From the IMG/VR virus record IMGVR_UViG_3300025121_000011, positions 186,001-250,000 of that record: DNA of 64,000 nucleotides. One strand, written 5' to 3'. Position numbers and translations under genes: made by a program. How positions within the stretch are numbered: position 1 is the stretch's first letter; each line of letters starts with the position of its first letter. The notes beneath the pieces are model-generated. The model had not been told where the DNA came from. It ran no database searches and saw nothing but the letters and a program-made list of their open reading frames with translations. Of the stretch, positions 9,564 through 18,478 are shown piece by piece.

Positions 9564-11599
9564 TGAGAAAGCCAATGAAAAATATTTTTGGAAAATTGAC
9601 TAAATTAGCAAATGTTTTGTATAAACTTGGTCAAAAAAAAGAAAGTATATATGTTATACTTTTAAGATCATCATTTTTTAAAAGTGCCGTTACTTTATAT
9701 CATGGTGGTTTAGTAGAAAATAAAGATAGTATACAACATAGTGGATTAATACCACAAGTTGGTCCATGGGTAGAAGAGGTTTTAAGTGGTGCAACTGATC
9801 AAGATATTGATTTTGATGAACATGGTTTAGTTTTTGCAGCAGATAAGCATAGATTTGATATGGCGGTATATGCTATGTTATGGCATATAGCAAATAAACT
9901 TGGTAAAAGTGCAAATAATATTACACCAGAAGAAATCATTAAATATGGATTATTAGTTATAATTAAAGAAGGTGAATCTTCATTTGTAAAGCGACCAAAA
10001 GATGATATGCAATGGTATAAAATGCAAGAGGAAATTAGTTATGATACAGGCAACCCCTTGTGGGCAGTTGAACCAGAAGATTGGTTCTCTACGGAAGGAT
10101 CTGATGCGGATATTTTATTAACTGGAAATAAATTATTAAGTTATATCACAAGAAGAGGAGCCTATCCACTCAAGGGATCTATGACTGCCGGTTATGATAA
10201 ATGGTTGCGACAAGAATATATTAAACAAAAAAAGAAGGATCCTCAGCAACATTTGTTTCCTGAATCCACAGAAGATTTACAAAAGAGATTATCTGATATG
10301 TCAGAATCAGAAATCAAAAAAGAGTTGGATGCAATCAAAGCATCTATAAAGTGTACATCAGCCTATGATACTCCATTTTTAAAACAACTCGATGATTCTG
10401 GGCGTTATGATATAGAGTTAGATCCTGATAATACTATTGAACACTTGGAAACCTATCGCTATAAGCCAAAAGGTATTGAACACTGGAATGAAGATAGTAG
10501 GCATCTTACAGATCCCAATTCAGGAAAAACCTTTAAAAGCCGTCCCATTAGATGGGATCCTGAAATTACAGATGTAACAACAATTGAAGATGAGTGGGGT
10601 AAAGATTTTAAGGATCAGTTAAAAGAGGGCTGGTTAGACAAATTGCCTCAAAATCCAAATTTAATATATCGTGGAATGTCATGGGAGGAATATCAATTTA
10701 TACTTAAAACAAATAATATTCAATCATTGGGAGATTATAATTTAGGTGATGAACAAATTGGATTAACTTATTTTAGTACAGATCCAAATAGTGCAGCTTA
10801 TTATGCTCATAGTTTTGCCCCAACTCAATATAAAGCTACACCAGAAAAACCCGCCTATGTAGTTGCTGTTCCCAAAAGAGATGGAGTACCTGTAGCTGGA
10901 ACTGGAGAGCATGAGGTTGGTGTGCGAGGACCGATACCCGCTAATGAAGTTGTTGAAGTTTGGGAAGGGATGCCGTATTATATGACCGCCGGTGGTTCAT
11001 TGGATATTATTAATGACTGGGGCGGTCGTAGAGAAGGGTCTAGAGTATCTCCATTGATAAGTGTGGCATGGAGAAAAATAATTCCTTCTTTAAAAACTAA
11101 AGCTTCTATTCTAAAAACTTTTAATAAACATGAAATAGAAGATGAAGATTTATTAGAATCTAAATCCACAGAAACATCTTCAAAAACTATATTAGAGAGA
11201 GCCATAGAGTATTTTGGACTAACTTATAGCGCAAGAGCAGCTGGTTACATTCTGCCGGATGGCAGGCTTTTGGATTTCTCGGAAAAGACTGGAGAAAGAA
11301 TCTCAGATCATCGAGAGGTAGGATTTTTAGTAGAGGAATATGGACCTTTTGAATATGAATCTGATGCTATGGATAGATTTATGAAGGAAACAGGTTGTAT
11401 AAGATTAGGAGTTTATAATAGATATATGCAGATAGATGCTCAAACAGTACCAACTGAAAAACAAATGAAGACAATACAGTCTATTATAAAAAGATATAAT
11501 ATAGAAGGAGCATCTGTTATAAAGCCCGGCAGAATTTCAGATGAAGAAATAGATTTTCCAACGGCTAATCAAATTTTTAAAATTTTAACAAGTAATTAA
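9563..11599 (+). CDS. Multidomain protein: shared leader, two ADP-ribosyltransferase-like domains and a C-terminal GYILPDG domain
   Basis: TLYHGG...GLIP...VFAA; LIYRGMS...YFSTD...AYYA...EHEVGVRGPIP (R-S-E-type ART pattern); AGYILPDGRLLDFS...DHREV. Confidence 0.55.
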   Translation: MRKPMKNIFGKLTKLANVLYKLGQKKESIYVILLRSSFFKSAVTLYHGGLVENKDSIQHSGLIPQVGPWVEEVLSGATDQDIDFDEHGLVFAADKHRFDMAVYAMLWHIANKLGKSANNITPEEIIKYGLLVIIKEGESSFVKRPKDDMQWYKMQEEISYDTGNPLWAVEPEDWFSTEGSDADILLTGNKLLSYITRRGAYPLKGSMTAGYDKWLRQEYIKQKKKDPQQHLFPESTEDLQKRLSDMSESEIKKELDAIKASIKCTSAYDTPFLKQLDDSGRYDIELDPDNTIEHLETYRYKPKGIEHWNEDSRHLTDPNSGKTFKSRPIRWDPEITDVTTIEDEWGKDFKDQLKEGWLDKLPQNPNLIYRGMSWEEYQFILKTNNIQSLGDYNLGDEQIGLTYFSTDPNSAAYYAHSFAPTQYKATPEKPAYVVAVPKRDGVPVAGTGEHEVGVRGPIPANEVVEVWEGMPYYMTAGGSLDIINDWGGRREGSRVSPLISVAWRKIIPSLKTKASILKTFNKHEIEDEDLLESKSTETSSKTILERAIEYFGLTYSARAAGYILPDGRLLDFSEKTGERISDHREVGFLVEEYGPFEYESDAMDRFMKETGCIRLGVYNRYMQIDAQTVPTEKQMKTIQSIIKRYNIEGASVIKPGRISDEEIDFPTANQIFKILTSN

Positions 11600-11609
11600 T
11601 TGAGGATAA

Positions 11610-12359
11610 ATGAAGGTTGATATAATAATACCAGCTTATAATCCGGGTTCATACTTAAAAGATGCTTTAGATAGCTGTTTGGCTCAAACATATAAAAATT
11701 ATCAGATTTATGTAATTGATGATTGCTCTACAGAAAATATTAAAAGTGTAACAAACGACTACCCTAATATTTGTTATATTAGAACGCCACATCATCTAGG
11801 ACCGGGAGGTACCAGAAATTATGGTATCGCCAATGGAAGTGGAGAATTACTTAGCTTCTTAGATGCAGATGATATGTGGGAACCAAAGAAGCTAGAATGG
11901 AGCGTAACGGAGTTTGAAAAAGATAAATCTATAGCGATGACCTGTGGGAATTATCGTAGACTAGAAGATAGAAAAAGACTTTGTAATCCATTTTATCGTC
12001 ATCCGCCCATTATAACCTGGCAGAATTTGATGAGGGTGAACCTTGTTGCATGTGGAAGTGTTACTCTGCTTAGAAGTATATTTGAAAAAATAGGAGGATT
12101 TTCAGAAAAAATCTGGATTTGTGAAGATTATAACTTATGGCTAAAAGTTTCTGAACAATATAAAATTAAGTATGTTGATCAGGTATTATATCTCTACAGT
12201 GTAATTAAAGATGGAAAATCTTTAACGAATCAGCAATCACTTCAGATTGCTCATAAAGGTGTTGGTGATATAATTAGAAGAGAGTCAATGGAGAGAGTAA
12301 ATGCACTTAAGCAACTTGAAGCCAAATCAAACAATTTTAATAAAAACATATTTACATGA
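11610..12359 (+). CDS. Glycosyltransferase family 2 (GT-A)
   Basis: IIIPAYN, VIDDCST, GGTRNYG, FLDADD (DxD), EDYNLWLKV. Confidence 0.9.
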   Translation: MKVDIIIPAYNPGSYLKDALDSCLAQTYKNYQIYVIDDCSTENIKSVTNDYPNICYIRTPHHLGPGGTRNYGIANGSGELLSFLDADDMWEPKKLEWSVTEFEKDKSIAMTCGNYRRLEDRKRLCNPFYRHPPIITWQNLMRVNLVACGSVTLLRSIFEKIGGFSEKIWICEDYNLWLKVSEQYKIKYVDQVLYLYSVIKDGKSLTNQQSLQIAHKGVGDIIRRESMERVNALKQLEAKSNNFNKNIFT

Positions 12360-13344
12360 GTCTGGTCTTTTTTATCTTGCAAAAAGTCTTGGGGATAGAT
12401 TAAAATCTGAGGGTCATCATGTTATTTATGTTCCTAAATCTAAATATTTACTTCAAGGTTCTATATTTCAAAGAGATTATTTAACTCCCACTGATAATAA
12501 ATTATTAGATAATGAAACAGTTCATTGGTTTGATAAACGGTATCCAATAGAAAATCAAATATCTGAGATGATTATTAAATATAAAGTTGATCTTTTGATT
12601 TCATTTGAAACTTTAATGGAGAAATCTCAGTGGGTTTCACGAGTAAAGCAAAGAACTGGGATCAAAGTTATTGACATTCCAATGGTTGAATGGGTAAATG
12701 ATAAACTTTTAAATGGTCGCTCTTATTCTATTTTTGATGAGATTTGGTGTTTAACCGAACAATGTTATTCATATTTTAAAATTTATCCAGATGCAAAAAA
12801 AATTATTTGGAATTGGGTTGATCCGTTTTTGTTTCATACAGTAGAAAAGCAAGATGGTATTGTGCGTTTTTATCACGCCGGAAGCTTAAATTCGGAATAT
12901 TCTAGTAAAAATACGGAATTAGTTATTCAAGCTTTTGACCTCTTTTTAAGAGAGAGTCCTGATGCTATATTAATTGTTTCGGGAAATATAACAGATAAGA
13001 CAAGTCTTCGACTTATTAAAAAGCATGAAAATATTTTTATTACAAATGGTGTTTTAGATAGAAAAGATATTGCAAAATTATATCAAGACAGCCACTGTGT
13101 AATAGCACCCTCCTCAAGAGAGGGTTTGGGCTTGAGTCTTTATGAGGCCAAAGCATGTGACTGTTTGGTAATAACAACAGATATGCCACCAATGAACGAA
13201 TGTGATACTAAATACTTATGTAAAGTTAAAAATCTTAAAAGAGATCATAAATTAACACCACTTGGAATTATAGATGTTAAAGAAATATATGAGCAAATTA
13301 AACAAGTTTATGGAGATATAAATGTCAGATGTAAAGATAAGTAA
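12301..13344 (+). CDS. Glycosyltransferase, GT-B fold (GT4-like)
   Basis: FYHAG, KNTELVIQAF, VIAPSSREGLGLSLYEAKACDCLVITTDMPPMNE. Confidence 0.82.
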   Translation: MHLSNLKPNQTILIKTYLHESGLFYLAKSLGDRLKSEGHHVIYVPKSKYLLQGSIFQRDYLTPTDNKLLDNETVHWFDKRYPIENQISEMIIKYKVDLLISFETLMEKSQWVSRVKQRTGIKVIDIPMVEWVNDKLLNGRSYSIFDEIWCLTEQCYSYFKIYPDAKKIIWNWVDPFLFHTVEKQDGIVRFYHAGSLNSEYSSKNTELVIQAFDLFLRESPDAILIVSGNITDKTSLRLIKKHENIFITNGVLDRKDIAKLYQDSHCVIAPSSREGLGLSLYEAKACDCLVITTDMPPMNECDTKYLCKVKNLKRDHKLTPLGIIDVKEIYEQIKQVYGDINVRCKDK

Positions 13345-14773
13345 GGAAATACTTAATAGCTCTAAAACTACGGCAATAATTACTAAAGAAAATGAAGAAC
13401 TTTTAGCGGCTTTTATGAGCGCAGAAAAAATTTCAAAGGAGAAGTCACAAATGGATCAAGAAACATTAGATAAACTTAAGGCTAGAAAATTAGAGAAGCA
13501 AGCTTTAGAAGTAAAGTCAGAAGAAGTAACTTCAGAAGGAGAGGTAGATATGATGGATGTAATAACTAATCAAGAAGTTAGTATTAATATTGGGGTGGTT
13601 GGTATTGGTCAAGCTGGTTCTAGAATTGCCGAGGAGTTTCATAAGTGCGGATATGATGTTGGCGTTATCAACACTTCTGCTCAAGATCTAAAATTCATTG
13701 ATGTGATGCCACATCAAAAGTTATTATTGGAAGGTAGTTTGGGTGGAACTGGAAAAAATCTGGTATTGGGTCGAGAAATTTTTGAAGTAAATGAATCTTT
13801 GGTTAGAAGTTTTATAGAAGATATAGCAGAAGGAAATACTATGATCTTTTTAGCTGTTTCTGGAGGTGGTGGCACGGGTGCTTCATCAGTATCTTCTGTT
13901 ATTCCAATGATGTTTGAATTGGGTATTCCGGTTGGTGTAATTTATGTATTGCCTAAAGCTACAGAGGACGCCCAATCTAAGAAGAATGCTGTAGAAACTC
14001 TTGCGAAGTTGGCTCGTCAAACTACTGATAATTTAATCTCATCTTTAATTGTAGTGGATAATGCAAGAATAGAAAATATTTACGGCGGATTAGGTCAAGC
14101 TCAATTCTGGAAAACAGCCAATGCTGCTATTGTAGAACCATTACATTTGTTTAATACCAAAACAGCTCAGCCATCTAGATTTACTTCTTTAGATCCTTCA
14201 GATTTTGGAAGAATCATCTCTTGTGGCGATTGCTCAATATATGGTGTTATTGAAGTAGAAAATTATCTTGATGAAACAGCATTAGCAGAAGCAGTAATGG
14301 ATAGTTTAAGTGGAAACATGCTAGCTGAAGGGTTTGATTTAAAACAAACTAGAGCTGGTGGAGTAATTATTGTAGGTTCAGAATCTGCTTTGGAACAACT
14401 TCCATCTGTAAATATTGATTATTGTTTTCATATAATTTCAGATGAAACAAATGGTGCAAATATTTTCCAAGGAATTTATTCTGATAATAAGATGGCTGAA
14501 GATAAAATAAAAATATATAGTTGGTTTTCGGGATTAGGTCTTCCTCAGGATAGAATAGAAAATTTAAGAAAAGAAAGCAAATTAGCATCTTCCGTGGCCG
14601 CTGAAAAAGAGAAGGCTAGGAATTCTCAAATGACGTTAGATTTAGAAGAAGATAAAATAGCTAGCGCTGCTGATAAGATCCATAATAAAATAAGAGAAAA
14701 AAATTCTGGATTTAATCGGTTACAGGGCGGCGCTCGAAAGTCTATTCTTGACAAACGTAAGCATAGCAGATAA
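13322..14773 (+). CDS. Tubulin/FtsZ-family GTPase (PhuZ/TubZ-like) with a charged N-terminal extension
   Basis: VGIGQAGSRIA, VINTS, GGTGKN, SGGGGTGASS tubulin signature, IVVDN, T7-loop-like SLDPSDF; charged C-terminal tail. Confidence 0.88.
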   Translation: MSDVKISKEILNSSKTTAIITKENEELLAAFMSAEKISKEKSQMDQETLDKLKARKLEKQALEVKSEEVTSEGEVDMMDVITNQEVSINIGVVGIGQAGSRIAEEFHKCGYDVGVINTSAQDLKFIDVMPHQKLLLEGSLGGTGKNLVLGREIFEVNESLVRSFIEDIAEGNTMIFLAVSGGGGTGASSVSSVIPMMFELGIPVGVIYVLPKATEDAQSKKNAVETLAKLARQTTDNLISSLIVVDNARIENIYGGLGQAQFWKTANAAIVEPLHLFNTKTAQPSRFTSLDPSDFGRIISCGDCSIYGVIEVENYLDETALAEAVMDSLSGNMLAEGFDLKQTRAGGVIIVGSESALEQLPSVNIDYCFHIISDETNGANIFQGIYSDNKMAEDKIKIYSWFSGLGLPQDRIENLRKESKLASSVAAEKEKARNSQMTLDLEEDKIASAADKIHNKIREKNSGFNRLQGGARKSILDKRKHSR

Positions 14774-14787
14774 TGTTTGAAATTGTA

Positions 14788-14794
14788 TATTAAT
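14788..14794 (+). promoter_or_regulatory. TAYTAAT element (putative late promoter)
   Basis: TATTAAT 17 nt upstream of ATG 14812. Confidence 0.35.
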
Positions 14795-14811
14795 TATTTA
14801 ATAATTGATAT

Positions 14812-17800
14812 ATGATGGAATCATATTCAAATCTCACTAAGAGTTTGTTCCATTTGGAGAATAAGATGGATAGAGAAGAGAGGCAAAAGAAACTCATAAA
14901 TATTTTAAAAAGTTCTATTGATAATAATCTCAATCTTCCAGAAGACCAAATTAGAGAAAGTTTTAGTAATACTGCTTTTGCCTTTCCCTATAAATTAGAC
15001 ACCTTAGAAAATCCCGGTTTTATTGATGAATATATAGTTACTTCAGAAGAGATTGAGAGTTATATTGAGCAATATCAAAAAGTTGCTAATATTCTTGAAA
15101 ATGGACTTGCTAAATTTTTAAGATTGCAAGAAAAAGTTAAAGCTTTTATGGCCACAAATTCTTTAACAAAAGATATAGAACCAGAGAGACTTTTCAAAAG
15201 AATTTATAGATTAGATAATTATGCTAAAAATTTATTTATGATGTTTATGCTGCCGACAGGAGGTTCTTATGGATATAATAAATATCTTGAGCGAAGTATA
15301 AATAAATCATCTACTTCCCGCGAGGATTATCTTCAAAAAATAGAGCGCATAGAAATGGATGCCATTGAAATAGTTAGGAGTATTCCAAGTGATATAGATG
15401 ACTTAGTTAAAATATATGATTTAAATTCTGAAGATGAATTAGCAGAGGCAATATTTTATTTAAGTAAATCTCCTAAACTTATTGGTGTAAATAGATATAT
15501 AAATCAGAATACTCCAGAATCTTTTTCTCCTATTGCATTTGAAATTCATCCACAACAGATGTTAGAAGCTGGTAGAAAGTATAAGACATTATCACTTTAT
15601 GGGTATGAACCACAAGGACCACAAGGATTTCCAGAATTCCAGTCACATACTAAAAAAGAAAAGCAATATAAATATAATCCAGATTTAGAATTACCAGAAT
15701 CTGATTATAGAGGTAAGGGATTTTTAATAAATAAATTTATTGATGAACAAATTTCTAATTACTTTGAAAGATATTATGAAAAAACAGATAAAGAGATTAT
15801 TAATGCCACTAGAGATGAATTGCAACAAAGATTAGTTAAATCTCTAAATGAAAGAGTAAGTAGTCTTGAGGAAATGATTCAGGTGTATGGTTTTCCTGAA
15901 TTTCTTATTAAAGATATAAAATCAAGAATTTATTCTAATGATTTTGGAAAACTTATGTCTTCTGGAATTAATACTGAAAAAGAATATAGTGACAATTCTA
16001 ATGAGATTTTAATACATAGCCTTATAACGAATGGAAATTTTTCAGCTCTTCGGTATATAATTAAATTATCAGAATCAAAAAATGATAATCAAGCAAAGGA
16101 TTTTTTTAAAAAAGCCATAAAAGAACAAGTATCTGATATAGATTTTCGATCTGAAGAAAATGCTAAAGTTGATATTTTAGATATCATAACAGAAATTGAT
16201 AGAAAATATGGTGAGAAAATTAGACAACAGGGCTTGCAAGCTGTTTTCCCCTATGCTTGGAAAGCTATATTTCAAATACCAACTATGTATGGGCTAAATT
16301 TTGATATAGATACATATGCAGTTAGCAGTAGAAGCGGTATTTTGGGTATTATTTCAAAAATATATAAAGAAAAAATAAGAACAGCTTTAGAGGAGCAAGC
16401 CTATGGAAATGGTAAAAAATTAAAAGATACTTCAACTTTTAAAGAAATAATATTTCTTAGCAGAATTAAACACCTAGGATTTTCTGGTTACAGGAAAATG
16501 AATCAATACATGGATGAGGAAAAAGAAAATTACGAGCCATTTGATAAAGTTTCCGAAGAACCAAATCCAAAAGAGCGGGCGCGCATACTTAATACATTAA
16601 AAGATACAGTAAAAGATCCTGAAAATATTTCAGAAATATATGAAGCATACGATGAATATATTAAAAGATATAAAGATTTATCAGTTCCAGGATTGCAAGA
16701 AAAGAAAGACATTTGGAATCATTTCTTATTAAAAGTAATTGGGAAATTATACCGTCAGGAAGAAGCTTATATAACCGGAAAGACAAATCAATTATTTGAT
16801 AAATTTCCAGATATCATTGTGCCAGATCTCCCAGCTATATCTTGGGATAAATTTTTAATTTCTTCGGCATCATTTGGATGCGCATCTACTCCGATTACAA
16901 TTCTTAAAACATTACAAGATGGTATAAAAACGGGATTAATTCCACTTTTTGTAAAATTATCATCTGTTGATGAATTTAACTCCATTGAAAGAATGGAAGG
17001 TTTTTTATTAAAATTAGTTCAAATATATAATCTTTATAAAAATAACCGAGACATTTTTAATTTAAGACTCGTACAACCTTTTCCAGATTTATATAAAAAA
17101 ATTACCGGAACAAAAGAAGAGCGAATAGAGAAAATTTTACAAATTGCCAATTTATTAGATAATTATCAATTTAAAGAAGAAATTGTTGCATCAAAATATA
17201 TTGATAAAATTAATCTTGATATTATTAAAAAAGCAATAAAAACATATGCAGAATATAAAAGAGCTATTAAATCTATTGAAACAGAAAATAAAGACAGATC
17301 AAGTGATGAAAATGAAGAAGAGGGCGAGTGGGTACATGATGTATGGGTTCCACATGAGTCAAGCGAGTCAAGCAATTTAAAGAATACTGATTTTATAAAT
17401 GTATTAATTAAAAATATACAAGATATTAGAGAAAAAACAAAATCATCAGAAGATATTTTTCCGAAGGATATGGAAAACATATTACTATCTTTGCCAGCAG
17501 ATATTAGTTTGGATAAGTTTATAGATTATTTTGAAATTAATATTGGAGAATTATCAGGATCTCAAGCTCAATTGGCAAGGGCAAAACTTGCTAGATTATC
17601 ATATGGCCTATCCATTTATGGGCAGATTTCAACTGTGATGGAATATTATAATGAAGCTGAGAAAAAAAATTCTCATTTATTTGATGCAGAATTTAGTGGG
17701 AAAAACTTTAGATTTCGTGTTTTAAGGGATCTGGATCCATATCATTTCCAGGTTGGAGCTGACACTGATTGTTGTCAAATGGTTGGCGGAGCGGGTGAAC

Positions 17801-18429
17801 AAGCTGCTGTCGATTCTTTTGTAAATAGTTTAGCGGGAGTAATTGTTTTAGAGGTTATGATTGATGGAGAATGGCAACTTGTATCTCAATCTTACTTCCA
17901 TTATGTTCCAAGGCAAAATATTTTTATTCTTGATAATATTGAAGCCGGAAAATGGTCTGAAAAGAATTCAACTTTAAAAAGTATAACTGGTTATAATTTT
18001 CCTGAAATTTATGCATTATTAGGGCAGCATTTAAAAGAAAAAGGATATCAAGATGTTCTGGTTGGAATAAATTATACAAAAGTTATTACAAGATCTGAAT
18101 TTAAAAGAGATAAGAGAGATACGGATCTACGAAGATTTAAAGTAGATGATCCATATACAGATTATGAACCAGAAGACTCTATTTCGCTTTCTAATCCTAA
18201 ATTTAAAATTGTACAAAGTAAGATAAAGAATTTTATTATAGATTGGGAAATTAATAAAACAGCGCAAATCAGTCGAGAACTTATACCTTGTTTATTCCCA
18301 AGTCAAAGAATTCAAAAAATTACGCAAATAAAAATTACACCACTTAAGAAGGCTCTTTTGTCTCTTGGGCTAAAGGCTGAGGTGCGGCAAATTAACAAAC
18401 TAATTGGTCTTTCACTATCTTCTAAATAA
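14812..18429 (+). CDS. Large (1205 aa) hypothetical protein; C-terminal GNAT/PcfJ-like domain and a C-terminal copy of the shared leader motif
   Basis: Mostly helical; VGADTDCCQMVGG...SQSYFHY...ILDNIEAG domain; ends KITPLKKALLSLGLKAEVRQINKL. Confidence 0.5.
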   Translation: MMESYSNLTKSLFHLENKMDREERQKKLINILKSSIDNNLNLPEDQIRESFSNTAFAFPYKLDTLENPGFIDEYIVTSEEIESYIEQYQKVANILENGLAKFLRLQEKVKAFMATNSLTKDIEPERLFKRIYRLDNYAKNLFMMFMLPTGGSYGYNKYLERSINKSSTSREDYLQKIERIEMDAIEIVRSIPSDIDDLVKIYDLNSEDELAEAIFYLSKSPKLIGVNRYINQNTPESFSPIAFEIHPQQMLEAGRKYKTLSLYGYEPQGPQGFPEFQSHTKKEKQYKYNPDLELPESDYRGKGFLINKFIDEQISNYFERYYEKTDKEIINATRDELQQRLVKSLNERVSSLEEMIQVYGFPEFLIKDIKSRIYSNDFGKLMSSGINTEKEYSDNSNEILIHSLITNGNFSALRYIIKLSESKNDNQAKDFFKKAIKEQVSDIDFRSEENAKVDILDIITEIDRKYGEKIRQQGLQAVFPYAWKAIFQIPTMYGLNFDIDTYAVSSRSGILGIISKIYKEKIRTALEEQAYGNGKKLKDTSTFKEIIFLSRIKHLGFSGYRKMNQYMDEEKENYEPFDKVSEEPNPKERARILNTLKDTVKDPENISEIYEAYDEYIKRYKDLSVPGLQEKKDIWNHFLLKVIGKLYRQEEAYITGKTNQLFDKFPDIIVPDLPAISWDKFLISSASFGCASTPITILKTLQDGIKTGLIPLFVKLSSVDEFNSIERMEGFLLKLVQIYNLYKNNRDIFNLRLVQPFPDLYKKITGTKEERIEKILQIANLLDNYQFKEEIVASKYIDKINLDIIKKAIKTYAEYKRAIKSIETENKDRSSDENEEEGEWVHDVWVPHESSESSNLKNTDFINVLIKNIQDIREKTKSSEDIFPKDMENILLSLPADISLDKFIDYFEINIGELSGSQAQLARAKLARLSYGLSIYGQISTVMEYYNEAEKKNSHLFDAEFSGKNFRFRVLRDLDPYHFQVGADTDCCQMVGGAGEQAAVDSFVNSLAGVIVLEVMIDGEWQLVSQSYFHYVPRQNIFILDNIEAGKWSEKNSTLKSITGYNFPEIYALLGQHLKEKGYQDVLVGINYTKVITRSEFKRDKRDTDLRRFKVDDPYTDYEPEDSISLSNPKFKIVQSKIKNFIIDWEINKTAQISRELIPCLFPSQRIQKITQIKITPLKKALLSLGLKAEVRQINKLIGLSLSSK

Positions 18430-18478
18430 AGTTACAAAAATTTAATAATTTTAGTAAAATCTAGCCATGGAGTAATTC

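Noticed and set aside
14812-18429. Chimallin (phage nucleus shell) next to the tubulin
   Set aside because: No recognisable similarity and the size does not fit; adjacency alone is not evidence
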